Below, in pieces: positions 1 through 10,915 of a stretch of DNA of 64,000 bases; position 1 is the stretch's first letter; each line of letters begins with the position of its first letter. The notes beneath the pieces are model-generated. The model was not told the origin of the DNA. It saw only the letters and a list, made by a program, of their open reading frames with translations, and did not search any database. Source of the stretch: a virus. The translations under genes were made by a program, and so were the position numbers. Where the stretch lies: the IMG/VR virus record IMGVR_UViG_3300021961_000023, one strand, 5' to 3'.

Positions 1-1
1 T

Positions 2-3000
2 ATTGGTCTGCAAAAAGATAACAATGCTTTTGTGAAGTATAATACAACCAATGGTTTATGGGAAGATCAGTTTGCAGCTGGAAACCAGAATCTATCGTCT
101 GATTCTAGAGCAAGATTTAAACCATCATATGAAAACTTCCACATTAAAGCAAGTAACAACGCATTCCTTCAGTTAGTTTCAATCTTCTCGATTGGATTTG
201 GAAAACATTATATTGCAGAAAGTGGTGGTGATATGTCAATCACCAACTCTAACTCTAACTTTGGTGCAATCGCACTTAACTCTAAAGGTTATCAGGAAAC
301 TGCTTTTGCAAGAGATGATGTAGGATATATTTCACATATCATTCCACCAAAAATGATTGAAGGTGGAGCAATCACTGTTGAATTTGATGCTATTGATATT
401 GGTGTAACAACAACTGCAGCTGCAGCAAGTAATCCAGGTATCGGTACAACCAGTCGTTTATATCTACTGAATAGAAAGAACATCAAGGATGCTCCAGATT
501 CTGTAATCGATGGATATAGAATCGGTACAAAGACAAATGACTATCTTAAGGTAAATCTTTCGATTGCTGGATTCACTACTGATCATTCGGCAAAAATCGT
601 GATGCCAGATACTCAAGATGATGCAGTTAAATGTTCTGGGGAAAAGTCATACAGAGTTCAAAGAACCAGTTCTGGTATTAGTAGTATCTCTACAAATATT
701 GTTACTCTTGAAACGGATCATCGTTTTATAAATGGAGAATCGATTCGTATTCTGAGTGATAACGGACATTTACCTGATGGTTTAGAACCAAATACAGTTT
801 ATAATGTCATTACAATCAGTCCATCAACTCCTCTGAATACAAAGCAAATCAAAATTGCACAGACATTCGGAGATGCAATCAATGATAATGCTCTTACCAT
901 CAACTCAAAAGGTGGTTATTTAAGAGTTGTCAGTCGTGTAAGTGATAAGAAAGCAGGAGATATTGGTCATCCAATACAATATGATACAAGTAGAGGTCAG
1001 TGGTACATTAACGTTTCTTCTGCTTCCACAGAAAACTCTATCTACACTAAGTTAGTTGGATTTGGTACAACCACATTTGGAACGGCGACTTCAAGAACTT
1101 ATATTGAAAGGCAAAATGATCCAAGAGCATTTGGAGATACTGTTTACAGAGTCAGATACATTTTACCAAAGGATTCATCAACAGTAGCAAGACCTCCAGT
1201 TGAAGGATTTGTATTACAGGAATCAAACTCAACTATTCCTTCATCCACCAACGAAATCCAGAAATATTTTAGTGGACCATCTTCTGTTAAAACTTTAACA
1301 AACTCTGCTGAACTCAGGATTCCACGATTTATTGCGGATGTTTCTTGGGTAGGAACTGCGGCAACATTTAGAACTGAACTTCCTCATGATTTAAGTATTG
1401 GCAATACCGTTGAAATCAAAAACGTAGTTAGTACAGCAAACACAACAGGTGCTGCTAAACTTGGTTTTAATGGTGAGTTCGTTGTAACTTCGATAAGAAG
1501 TAGAAAGGAGTTTACTGTAACTATTCCTACAGCACCTGGAACATTTACAAATGATACTTCTACCAGAAATACAAACTTACCATACTTCAGAAAGAAGAAG
1601 TATAACGGCACTTACGTTATTTACAGAACAAGAGAAATTCAAGAGTATGTACCACAAAAACAAGATGGTATCTATGATCTCTTGGTTATCAATGCAGATA
1701 ATACTCCTGTCGTAAGTCCATTTACATCACAACGTTATTCGCAACCAGTTGTTAATCTTTATCCTCAGGTTAACAGAGATAATCCAAAGTCAGATCCACC
1801 AGCAGCAGATTGCTTTGCATCTTCGGATATTATTGGTGAAGTTGTTATCAATGACCCACAAAATTCAATTACTGCAGAAACTCTTGGTAAAGGTCTGATT
1901 GATCAAGGAGTTGGTATTGGTATTTCTAATATTGTTTCAAACGCAACTGGAACTGCACATACCATTACAACCAGAATAGAGCATGGTTTTAATAGAGCAA
2001 CTAAACTTTCTGTTTCAACTCCTGGTGCTGGATATGGATCTGGTGGTTCTGGAAGAATCTACAATGCAAGACTTGAGGGAACATCATCTGCAGGAAAGAA
2101 TGCAACTGCAGTTATTACTGTAAATGCTTCTGGATCGATCACATCTGCAGAGATCATGGATGGAGGAAGTTCCTATAGTGTAGGTGATTCTCTTAATGTT
2201 GTAGGTGTTGGAACTACATCAGGATTTACTGTTGGTGTTGTAAGTGTAACTCAGATTTACAACAATCTAAATGAGGTAATCTCTTTACAAGGAATCACTG
2301 GTTCTAGAAATAATGAATACAATCAGCAGTATAGAGTTACTTCTATTGTTCCTGGTGATCCATATAGGATTCAAGTTGCAAGTGCATCTACAGTATCTGC
2401 TCCTTCAGTTGGATCAGCATCAGGTGTCGGTGCAACAGATGTAGCATCTGCATTTGTTTATACAGTTGGTAAAGGTATTCTTGTTAATACACTTTCCTAT
2501 AATCAGGGAACTGGTGTTGGTATCATCACATGTAGAGAAGCACATGGTTTCTTTGTAGATAATAAAGTTCGTATTGTTGGTGCAACAAACGACTTCTACA
2601 ACAGAGAATATGTAATCAAATCAGTTGGAACTACAACATCATTTACGATTGATATTGGTATTGGAACTGTTACACATCCCGCCTCTGGAACAATCTATGC
2701 ACTTCCTACAGGATTTAGTGCTCAGGGTGGAAACACAACAGATGATAATGAAAACACTGCAGGAAGAATGGTAGCAGCATATGCTGGTATTACCACAACA
2801 TTAATCAATATGGGCGCAAGTGGTTCAGCAGCATTGACAACAGATCAAATCGAAATCGACACTGATTATCTTGATATTAAGATTGGGGATTATCTACAAA
2901 TTGATGAGGAGATTGTAAGAGTTAAAGAAACTGTTACAAGTGATATTATTAAGGTATTCCGTGGTGTCATGGGAACCAGAAGAGCAGATCATGCTGCTGG

Positions 3001-3673
3001 TGCTGTTGTTAAGAGAATCTCTCCAAAACAGATTGAACTTAGAAGAAACTCTTATCTACGTGCATCTGGACATACTTTTGAATATCTTGGTTTTGGTCCT
3101 GGTAACTACTCGACTGCTCTACCACAACGTCAAGATAGAATCCTTTCTGGTTCTGAAGAGATTCTATCACAAGCACATAAAGAAGATGGTGGTGTAGTTG
3201 TCTACACTGGTATGAATAATGATGGTAGTTTCTATATCGGAAACAAGAAAGTCAGTTCTGCCACAGGAAAAGAAGCAACATTTGATGCTCCTATTCCTAC
3301 TGTTACAGGTGAAGAACTTGGTTCAAACCTAAACATTGGATTTGACGTTTTAACTCCTGTTGAAGCAACAATCACAAGAGGTATTCGTGTTGAAGGTGGT
3401 ATCGATCAGTCTGTAACTTCAAGATTTGATGGTCCAGTTGTGTTTAACAATAAGATTACATCAAACTCTGTAAAAGGCATTGAAGCACAATCTATCTACA
3501 TTCAAGGTGATAGTACTGTTTCTAGAAAGTATACGGTTGGTATTGCAACCCCATCTATTGCTGGAAATCCAGGTGATGTTGTATACAATGCAAATCCAAC
3601 AAATGGAGGAACAGTAGGTTGGATTTATACTATCAATAATGAATGGAAAACCTTTGGAAATATTAGCAGTTGA
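2..3673 (+). CDS. Large virion structural protein (cyanophage tail/baseplate-associated), 5'-truncated by the window edge
   Basis: The frame is open from base 2 (ATT GGT CTG CAA AAA GAT AAC AAT GCT TTT GTG), so the track start at 32 is internal. It is Ser/Thr/Gly-rich, with GxGY and EHGF/AHGF beta-module repeats and a C-terminal GWIYT..NEWK.FG typical of cyanophage structural proteins. Confidence 0.7.
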   Translation: MGLQKDNNAFVKYNTTNGLWEDQFAAGNQNLSSDSRARFKPSYENFHIKASNNAFLQLVSIFSIGFGKHYIAESGGDMSITNSNSNFGAIALNSKGYQETAFARDDVGYISHIIPPKMIEGGAITVEFDAIDIGVTTTAAAASNPGIGTTSRLYLLNRKNIKDAPDSVIDGYRIGTKTNDYLKVNLSIAGFTTDHSAKIVMPDTQDDAVKCSGEKSYRVQRTSSGISSISTNIVTLETDHRFINGESIRILSDNGHLPDGLEPNTVYNVITISPSTPLNTKQIKIAQTFGDAINDNALTINSKGGYLRVVSRVSDKKAGDIGHPIQYDTSRGQWYINVSSASTENSIYTKLVGFGTTTFGTATSRTYIERQNDPRAFGDTVYRVRYILPKDSSTVARPPVEGFVLQESNSTIPSSTNEIQKYFSGPSSVKTLTNSAELRIPRFIADVSWVGTAATFRTELPHDLSIGNTVEIKNVVSTANTTGAAKLGFNGEFVVTSIRSRKEFTVTIPTAPGTFTNDTSTRNTNLPYFRKKKYNGTYVIYRTREIQEYVPQKQDGIYDLLVINADNTPVVSPFTSQRYSQPVVNLYPQVNRDNPKSDPPAADCFASSDIIGEVVINDPQNSITAETLGKGLIDQGVGIGISNIVSNATGTAHTITTRIEHGFNRATKLSVSTPGAGYGSGGSGRIYNARLEGTSSAGKNATAVITVNASGSITSAEIMDGGSSYSVGDSLNVVGVGTTSGFTVGVVSVTQIYNNLNEVISLQGITGSRNNEYNQQYRVTSIVPGDPYRIQVASASTVSAPSVGSASGVGATDVASAFVYTVGKGILVNTLSYNQGTGVGIITCREAHGFFVDNKVRIVGATNDFYNREYVIKSVGTTTSFTIDIGIGTVTHPASGTIYALPTGFSAQGGNTTDDNENTAGRMVAAYAGITTTLINMGASGSAALTTDQIEIDTDYLDIKIGDYLQIDEEIVRVKETVTSDIIKVFRGVMGTRRADHAAGAVVKRISPKQIELRRNSYLRASGHTFEYLGFGPGNYSTALPQRQDRILSGSEEILSQAHKEDGGVVVYTGMNNDGSFYIGNKKVSSATGKEATFDAPIPTVTGEELGSNLNIGFDVLTPVEATITRGIRVEGGIDQSVTSRFDGPVVFNNKITSNSVKGIEAQSIYIQGDSTVSRKYTVGIATPSIAGNPGDVVYNANPTNGGTVGWIYTINNEWKTFGNISS

Positions 3674-3695
3674 TGTAGTCTTCAATCTAAATACT

Positions 3696-3703
3696 TATAA
3701 ATA
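3696..3703 (+). promoter_or_regulatory. T4-type late promoter TATAAATA
   Basis: Exact gp55-sigma consensus about 40 nt upstream of the ATG at 3743. Confidence 0.8.
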
Positions 3704-3742
3704 ATCCAGAGCAAAGTCCCTTTAAGAAGGCAAAGTAGCAAA

Positions 3743-4375
3743 ATGTCAGTATTACAAGTAGATACTATCAGAGATAGAAGTGGTAACGGTTCACCAACTC
3801 TTGACAAAGGTGTAGTCGTTTCTGGCGCTTCTACATTAGGTTATGTGAGAGTCATTCCTGGTAATCACGGTGCTGGTGGTATCATCACCGCGACTGCAGG
3901 TATCGTAACTTTCTACGGTGATGCTCAATACATGTCCAACGTAGGTCTTGCAGTTACCTACATTGATAATAATGTTACCATCGCTGGAACAATCACAGTT
4001 TCGGAACTGGTTCTAACTGGTGGTGGTGGAGTTGGTGGTGGTGCTGGAATCGCAGCATCAACTGTCAATATCTCTGGTATTTCTACTCTTAACGGAGTTC
4101 AGATTAACGCTGGTATTGTAACTGCTGCTCCTGGATCTGGATTCTCAACTGTCAGATATTATGGCGATGGTGCTGGTTTAACCAGACTGATGGCAGAGCA
4201 TCTTCTTGTTCATCGTAGACCTGCAACTAATAGATGGTCTCTCGGTCAGAACATTACTCAGATTGCACTTACCAACAATCCAGATACTCAAACTGGTACG
4301 TTCTCTGTAACCGCAAGAACTGGAATCGTAACAGTAGCATACGGAATGGCTGGACAACCACCTCTGTCTATCTGA
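3743..4375 (+). CDS. Tail fibre-associated structural protein; paralogue of 12362..13156
   Basis: Gly/Thr-rich. Shares YGD.QY..NVGLAVTYIDNNVTIAGTITV.ELVLTGGGGVGGGAGIAAST and HRRPAT.RWS.GQNIT with 12362..13156. Confidence 0.7.
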   Translation: MSVLQVDTIRDRSGNGSPTLDKGVVVSGASTLGYVRVIPGNHGAGGIITATAGIVTFYGDAQYMSNVGLAVTYIDNNVTIAGTITVSELVLTGGGGVGGGAGIAASTVNISGISTLNGVQINAGIVTAAPGSGFSTVRYYGDGAGLTRLMAEHLLVHRRPATNRWSLGQNITQIALTNNPDTQTGTFSVTARTGIVTVAYGMAGQPPLSI

Positions 4376-4438
4376 TAACCATTATATCATAAATAAAATT
4401 AATACCTAACGAGGGGATAGTGAACCTCAGGAGATCTA

Positions 4439-7400
4439 ATGGCCGTCAATAAGAACTTTGTAGTTAAGCACGGTTTAGAAGTAAAAACTGATCTTCTCTA
4501 CGCTGATGCACAGTTAGCAAGGGTTGGTGTTGGAACCACTCTTGCATTTCATAAACTTCACGTTAATGGCACCACTAAAATCGAAGATGATCTCCAAGTT
4601 GTTGGAGTCACCTCGTTAGGTACAAACACAAAGATTATTAACGGCACCTTAGAAGCAGGAAATACAGGTGTTGGTACTTACGGACAATTTTTAATCGCAA
4701 CAGGTGCTGGTATTGCATGGACCACAGCACCAAATCTTAGAAAACAAGAAATATTCACTGCATTAGAAGGTCAGAAACAGTTTAACTTTGCTCATACTCT
4801 TGGATTTCTTGACGTATTCTTAAACGGTGTTAAGTTATCTACATCAGAATACACAGAAACTGCGGCATTTGTAACGTTACTCAACGGTGCAACTGCTGGA
4901 GACACAGTTGAACTGATTGGGTATTATCTTTATGACAACATTGGTGCTGCAAACACCACTGGCATTCAAGGCATTACAGTTCTTGAAGAAAATACAATCA
5001 CAGGAACTCCCTCCAATGTTACATCTATCAACTTTGTTGGTGCTCATGTAACTGCTGCAGGAACTGGTGCTGGAGTTACTGTTACATTCTTAGGTGCTGG
5101 TGTAGGTATTGCATCCTCAGGTACTCAGATTGGTTATGGATTTACTAATCTAAACTTTATAGGTGCTGGAAATACATTCCAAATCAACGGACAATCTATT
5201 GATATCTCAATCAATAGTGGTGCTGAAAACTTCTGGATGAAGAATACAGCATATTCTTCTGGTATTGTTACAACTGGTAGAGTTGGTATTGGTTCAACAT
5301 TACCAATCACCGCAGAAGGTTTGGATACTAGGGGAGTTGTTAAGACAGATTCGCTGTTCGCAACTAAAAAGACTTTAGATAAGAATGTTGAAACCTTTGC
5401 TGGTTACAACATGTTTGCAGCAGGATCACTTGCCATTGGTGCTGGTAAGTCGATTACTGTTGTTGATGATGCAACTTTAACGATTCTTGATGTTATTGAA
5501 ACTCCTGTTAATGCAACTCTTGGAGTTTTCAGAAATGGAACTAATGTTGGTTATGGAATCACTAGAATCAACTTTACTGGTGCAAACAACTTTGTAACTA
5601 GTGCATCTGCAACTGGTGTTGATGTTAAGATTGATAGTGGAGTTGGAATCTATTCTGGTGGTCAACCAATTGCATTTGGTATCACTGCACTTAACTTTGT
5701 GGGGGCAGCAAATACTTTTGGTGTTGATGGTAGTCAGATTAATATCTCAATTAATAGTGGATCAGGTGGATATTTTACTCAAAATCAAAACGGTATTCAT
5801 ACTACAGGTAGAGTTGGTATTGGATCAACTCTACCTCATACGGGTGCTGCTCTTGATGTTGATGGTGTTATCAAAACACACACATTCTTCGCTAACAAAG
5901 CAGTTGTTGATCAAGATGTAACCACGATTGCTGGTTACAACATGTTTGGTGCTGGACCAATCACAGTTGCAAGTGGAAAAATCATCAGTGTTATTGATGA
6001 TTCTACTCTCTCAGTTCTTGATGCATACACTGTCCCTGGTGGATCTCGTTGGGCAAGTAATACCACTGGCATTCACACATCAAGAAATGTTGGTATCGGA
6101 ACTAGCACATGTAATGGTGCAGCAGATCCAAACAATACATTCATTCTGAACGCTGGTATTGTTACTGCCAACTACTATTACGGTGATGGTAGATTTTTAA
6201 GAAATGTTGGTGTTGCTGTATCTACTGCTGCTCCTTCAAATCCTGAGAGTGGTAACTTATGGTGGAGTGAAGTATTAGGTCGTGGATTTATTTACTATGG
6301 TGCTGCAAATGCATGGGTAGATTTTGCACCTACTGGAGGAGGTGGTGGAGGAACCATTTCAGTAACTGGCACTGGTGGCAGCGGCGGTGGTTTCTTCAGC
6401 AATACACAAACAAACTCTGGCATTCATACTACATCACTTAATGTTGGTATAGGAACAACCAATCCAAGATTCCAACTAGAAGTTGGACCTGTTGGTGCTG
6501 CAGGAACTTCATTATGGGTAAATGGAAATGCAAGAGTCACAGGCATCTTAACAGTTGGTTCTTCATCTATTGTTTTGGATGGAGTTTCTAATCAAATCAG
6601 AATAGGATCTGGAGTTGTCATCGATTCTAACGGATTAGGATCTGTCACAACGTTAAGTGTGTCTGGCATTACGACTCTTGGTATAGTTACTGCTGGAAAC
6701 ATTTATTCGACTGGTATTATCACTGCAACTTCATTCAGTGGTAACGCTACTAGCGCAACAACAGCGACTTATGCATCAACTGCTGGTATTGCAACTTACA
6801 CTGATACCGCAGGAATTGCAACGTATTCTGCATCTGCAGGCATTGCAACCTATGCATCAACTGCTGGTATTGCTACTTATACTAACACTGCAGGCATTGC
6901 AACCTATGCATCAACTGCTGGAGTAAGCACATATGCATCTATTGCTGGTATTGCAACTTATGCATCAACTGCTGGTATTTCAACAGTTTCTCAAGGTCTC
7001 ACTGGCACACCAAATATCTCAGTAGGAGTCTTAACCGCAACTTCTACAATCATTGGATCTGGAGTTACGATTAATGCTGGAGGTATTAATGCAAGTGGCA
7101 TAATTACTGCTTCTACTTTTATTGGAACGTTCGCTGCTAACAACTTAGTTGGCGCACTTCCTGCTCTTGATGGTTCACTACTTACTGGAGTTGTTGCTGC
7201 TGGTACTGGTGTTATTGTTAATGATGATGATGCTTTAGTTGGAACAGCAGGTACAATCAACTTTGGTGCAAACCTATCAGTATCTCCTGTTTCTGCTGGA
7301 GTTGTTACAGTCACTGCTACTGGTGGTGGACAATCTTATTGGATAGGAACAACAGTAGGTATTCATACATTTTCTAATGTTGGTGTAGGAACTACAAATC

Positions 7401-8179
7401 CAACGAGCACTCTTACAGTAAAAGGACATACTTCTCTTGAAACATTAAATGTTTCTGGAATAACTACAACAACAGGTCTTATTGTTGCAAATATAGCAAA
7501 CTTTGATGGAGTTGATGCACTTTTATATTATAACAATGAGCAAAAGTTTTCGACAGTAACTGATGGCATTCGTGTTATTGGTTTAAACAGAATCGTAACA
7601 GATGGTTTTGGAACTGGAGATTATAATGATGGTGGTATTAGAATCACCACAAATTCAACAGACCAAGCAGACATTTATCACCAATCTGCTGGGCTTCTTC
7701 ACATTGATAATTATAGAGCAACTGGGGGAAGTATAGCATTAAGAGTTAATGCTAGTGGTTCAGGTTCAGTAACTGAACAAGCAAGAATCACAAGTTCTGG
7801 AGTTGGAATCGCAACCACAAATCCAGTAAGCACTTTCCAAGTTGAAAGATTTGGAACTCAGACTGGATTTGGAACCTTCGCAGCATCTGCAGGTATTACT
7901 ACCTTCATTGATTCCTTCACAATCTCTTCTACTAACTTCAGAACTGCTGAATATACAGTTCATGTAGAAAGTGCATCTAGTATTCAAACTCAAAAAGTTC
8001 TTGTAATGCAGAATGGATCTACTGCATACTCGCAAGAATGGGCAGTGATGTCTCATCCTGACTTACTTGTTTCTATCGGAGCTACTGTTACTTCTGGTGC
8101 TGTCAGGTTAACTGTAACTCCAGAAACAGGAGTCTCTGGCATCATAACCTATAGATTTACCAGAAACACAATGCTCTAA
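4439..8179 (+). CDS. Long tail fibre protein
   Basis: MAVNKNFVVKHGLEV start, many VGIGTT/GIVTA fibre repeats, an internal duplication of about 130 aa and 9-aa tandem repeats. AGGAG SD and a CATAAATA late-type promoter lie upstream. Confidence 0.8.
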   Translation: MAVNKNFVVKHGLEVKTDLLYADAQLARVGVGTTLAFHKLHVNGTTKIEDDLQVVGVTSLGTNTKIINGTLEAGNTGVGTYGQFLIATGAGIAWTTAPNLRKQEIFTALEGQKQFNFAHTLGFLDVFLNGVKLSTSEYTETAAFVTLLNGATAGDTVELIGYYLYDNIGAANTTGIQGITVLEENTITGTPSNVTSINFVGAHVTAAGTGAGVTVTFLGAGVGIASSGTQIGYGFTNLNFIGAGNTFQINGQSIDISINSGAENFWMKNTAYSSGIVTTGRVGIGSTLPITAEGLDTRGVVKTDSLFATKKTLDKNVETFAGYNMFAAGSLAIGAGKSITVVDDATLTILDVIETPVNATLGVFRNGTNVGYGITRINFTGANNFVTSASATGVDVKIDSGVGIYSGGQPIAFGITALNFVGAANTFGVDGSQINISINSGSGGYFTQNQNGIHTTGRVGIGSTLPHTGAALDVDGVIKTHTFFANKAVVDQDVTTIAGYNMFGAGPITVASGKIISVIDDSTLSVLDAYTVPGGSRWASNTTGIHTSRNVGIGTSTCNGAADPNNTFILNAGIVTANYYYGDGRFLRNVGVAVSTAAPSNPESGNLWWSEVLGRGFIYYGAANAWVDFAPTGGGGGGTISVTGTGGSGGGFFSNTQTNSGIHTTSLNVGIGTTNPRFQLEVGPVGAAGTSLWVNGNARVTGILTVGSSSIVLDGVSNQIRIGSGVVIDSNGLGSVTTLSVSGITTLGIVTAGNIYSTGIITATSFSGNATSATTATYASTAGIATYTDTAGIATYSASAGIATYASTAGIATYTNTAGIATYASTAGVSTYASIAGIATYASTAGISTVSQGLTGTPNISVGVLTATSTIIGSGVTINAGGINASGIITASTFIGTFAANNLVGALPALDGSLLTGVVAAGTGVIVNDDDALVGTAGTINFGANLSVSPVSAGVVTVTATGGGQSYWIGTTVGIHTFSNVGVGTTNPTSTLTVKGHTSLETLNVSGITTTTGLIVANIANFDGVDALLYYNNEQKFSTVTDGIRVIGLNRIVTDGFGTGDYNDGGIRITTNSTDQADIYHQSAGLLHIDNYRATGGSIALRVNASGSGSVTEQARITSSGVGIATTNPVSTFQVERFGTQTGFGTFAASAGITTFIDSFTISSTNFRTAEYTVHVESASSIQTQKVLVMQNGSTAYSQEWAVMSHPDLLVSIGATVTSGAVRLTVTPETGVSGIITYRFTRNTML
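6767..6982 (+). repeat. Eight tandem 27-bp repeats encoding TYASTAGIA-like units
   Basis: TYASTAGIA TYTDTAGIA TYSASAGIA TYASTAGIA TYTNTAGIA TYASTAGVS TYASIAGIA TYASTAGIS. Confidence 0.9.
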
Positions 8180-8180
8180 T

Positions 8181-10100
8181 ATGAAAACAACTTTTAATCC
8201 ATTTGAATCCAGACAAGTTCATCTAAGCAGATATTTAAGTGATGATCCTCAACCATACGAAATCTGTGTACATTCTGCTGATGATTGGCAATATGTTCAT
8301 GACATCTTAACACAGGATGGAACACTAGAAGATAACATTCCAACTAGATCATGTGAGTGTATATCTGAAAAGTGCTGTTCTCCAACAAGAAGTGTTTATA
8401 TGTTATCTGATGATGAAGTAGCAAACCTTATCAATCATGAAAAAATTAGATGGATTACTAAAGCATCGCTACACAATCCTGATGTTATTGAGCAAAGAAA
8501 GTTAGATAAAGATTTATTTCCCCATCTATTCACTAACAGATATAAGTCCAACAAAGAAGCAGTAAGAAGCGAACCTAATACATTATCTACAACAAATCTT
8601 AACTATACCCAATGGGGTCTTTTGAGATCACAGCAGAAATCAAATGCTTTTGTTGGTGTAGGTACAACTTCTTTATCTTCTGATATTCAGTTTACATTGA
8701 CTGGAAAGCATGTTGATGTTGTAATCATGGACACTGGAGTTCGTTGGGATCATCCAGAGTTTTTGGGCATTGGATATACATCAGTTCCTGTTGGAGTCGC
8801 AACAACATCGGTAAGTAGAGTTAGAGATATCTTGATTCATGGTGCTTCTGAATATGGTATTAACTGGGCATCTGAAGGATTAGTTGCTCCAGGTACAGGT
8901 TCTCTTGCAAACTATACTATTGCAAATGCACTACAATCTGCATCATTTAATGGTTCTTGGCATGGTTCACATGTAGCGGGTACTGCTGCAGGAAATAACT
9001 TTGGCGCTGCATTTGAAGCAAATATTTGGAGTATTGCTTGTGTCGATAGAGATGATGTAGGATTTACTGATCCTTCTGACGGATTTGATTATATCAAAGT
9101 TTGGCATAAGAATAAACCAATCAATCCTGAAACTGGTAGAAGAAATCCAACCATTGTCAATGGTAGCTGGGGGTTTACTGAGTTTGTTCAATACACTGCA
9201 TCATATAATGTATCTTTTAGAGGTAAGACATATTCATCAGTAGATGTGGAAGCAAGTGGTACGTTTCTTCCTGCAGTATACTGGATGAATAACTATGGTG
9301 AGTATTATTGGTTTACTTCATCCTTTGCAACGTCACAAACAAAAGCAGATGAAATCTTTGATGATCCAGACTGTGCTGATATAATTTTTGTTTTTGCTGC
9401 AGGAAACTCTGGATATGGTAATGGTAAGCAAGATATTACAACAGGATTTGATTATAACAACACATTTTCAAGTGCAACCTATGCATTAGGATCTGGAGGA
9501 TTATATGATCAAGGTCTAGGAGCAAGTTCTCTACATTATAATCGTTCAGGTACTCCTGCTATTACTCATAATGGACTACCTGATGCACCAATCATTGTAG
9601 GAGCACTAGATTATCATGCCGATACAACATCAGGATTCACCTCAGAAAGATCTGCAGATTTTAGTAATAAGGGTCCACGTATTGATGTTTGGGCACCTGG
9701 TGATGCAATATTAAGTCCTTGGTCTAGTGGCATCAAAGATCCAAGAAATAGAAACTATTATAATCAGTATCTTGGTGGAACTAGTATGGCAACTCCAAAT
9801 GTATGTGGAGTTTTAGCATTATACTTACAAGCATATCCAAATGCGGATAGAGTAGCAGCTAGACAATGGTTAGCAACTCGTGGCACAGTTGGAGTCGGAA
9901 CCTTTTTCAGAGATCGTTATACACATGAAGCAAATGGTCCTTCTGTGGGTGCTGGAACCTCAGTAGATTACTGGGCAAATGATTATGAACCTCGTGGTGC
10001 TGCACATAATATTCTTTATAATCCATTTGCTAATAATCTTCAACCAAATGTTTCAGGGAATATCACTATCACTGGTGACATTTCTATTAAACAACTATAA
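8181..10100 (+). CDS. Subtilisin-family (S8) serine protease
   Basis: Catalytic motifs in order: VVIMDTG (Asp), HGSHVAGTAAG (His), FAAGN (oxyanion Asn), GGTSMATP (Ser). Confidence 0.92.
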   Translation: MKTTFNPFESRQVHLSRYLSDDPQPYEICVHSADDWQYVHDILTQDGTLEDNIPTRSCECISEKCCSPTRSVYMLSDDEVANLINHEKIRWITKASLHNPDVIEQRKLDKDLFPHLFTNRYKSNKEAVRSEPNTLSTTNLNYTQWGLLRSQQKSNAFVGVGTTSLSSDIQFTLTGKHVDVVIMDTGVRWDHPEFLGIGYTSVPVGVATTSVSRVRDILIHGASEYGINWASEGLVAPGTGSLANYTIANALQSASFNGSWHGSHVAGTAAGNNFGAAFEANIWSIACVDRDDVGFTDPSDGFDYIKVWHKNKPINPETGRRNPTIVNGSWGFTEFVQYTASYNVSFRGKTYSSVDVEASGTFLPAVYWMNNYGEYYWFTSSFATSQTKADEIFDDPDCADIIFVFAAGNSGYGNGKQDITTGFDYNNTFSSATYALGSGGLYDQGLGASSLHYNRSGTPAITHNGLPDAPIIVGALDYHADTTSGFTSERSADFSNKGPRIDVWAPGDAILSPWSSGIKDPRNRNYYNQYLGGTSMATPNVCGVLALYLQAYPNADRVAARQWLATRGTVGVGTFFRDRYTHEANGPSVGAGTSVDYWANDYEPRGAAHNILYNPFANNLQPNVSGNITITGDISIKQL

Positions 10101-10103
10101 ATA
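10096..10103 (+). promoter_or_regulatory. T4-type late promoter TATAAATA
   Basis: Exact consensus overlapping the protease stop codon, upstream of the ATG at 10119. Confidence 0.8.
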
Positions 10104-10118
10104 CCTCTAAAAAGACAG

Positions 10119-10454
10119 ATGGCAGACAAAAAGTTTGGAGTAAGGCAGATAGATCTTGTTGGCACTTCTGGTGCTACAAATATCGAATCTCCCAACACAA
10201 TTAATCTTAAGTCAAATCAAGTTGCCATTAGCACTGATTTAAGTGTTGGTGGAAATGTGGTTTCTAACTTGATTGTCAGCTCAGGATTTTCAGTCGGTAT
10301 TGGAACTACGATTCCTCAAACTAATCTTGATGTTAATGGTGGCATAAAAGCAGGTATTAATACTGCACATGGAGTAATCTTGACTGCAGCAAACGGTACA
10401 AGGTATAGATTATTTGTACAAAACAACGGTACTTTAGCAACCGTTGCTATCTAA
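10119..10454 (+). CDS. Small tail fibre-related structural protein
   Basis: VGIGTTIP fibre motif; C-terminal ILTAANGTRYRLFVQNNGTL trimer-type end. Confidence 0.65.
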   Translation: MADKKFGVRQIDLVGTSGATNIESPNTINLKSNQVAISTDLSVGGNVVSNLIVSSGFSVGIGTTIPQTNLDVNGGIKAGINTAHGVILTAANGTRYRLFVQNNGTLATVAI

Positions 10455-10483
10455 TAAATACCTAAAAGACATAGTAACTAAAA

Positions 10484-10915
10484 GTGGCAATATCCTTTCC
10501 ATCTAGTCCATCTATCGGTCAAATATTTACTGATGCTACCTCTGGTAATCAGTATCAGTGGAATGGAACAGTCTGGGTTGGAAGATCTCCGATCACGATT
10601 AGTGGAAATAATGTTGGAATAGGAACAACGATTCCACTGTTTCCACTTACAGTTGGATTCAGCACTCTTGGATATGATCCTATTGCTGGAACTGCTGCAA
10701 CATCTCTTTATGTCCAAGGAAGTGTCACAGTCACTGATAGATTAACAGCACATAAAGTTGTAGGAGCAACCACATTTACTTCCATGCCATCTGGTGATTT
10801 AGGAGATTTTAGTTCACCAGCTGCAGATGCTTTTGATGTTGAACTAAGTGCAAACTATGATTTAAAGTTTGATCCTCCAGGAACTCTTCGTAGCAATGAC
10901 CTTGGAGTTCTATGA
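10484..10915 (+). CDS. Small structural protein (MAISFPSSP..GQ..YQWNGTVW type)
   Basis: GTG start after AATAAATA; N-terminal motif common in cyanophage fibre clusters. Confidence 0.65.
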   Translation: MAISFPSSPSIGQIFTDATSGNQYQWNGTVWVGRSPITISGNNVGIGTTIPLFPLTVGFSTLGYDPIAGTAATSLYVQGSVTVTDRLTAHKVVGATTFTSMPSGDLGDFSSPAADAFDVELSANYDLKFDPPGTLRSNDLGVL

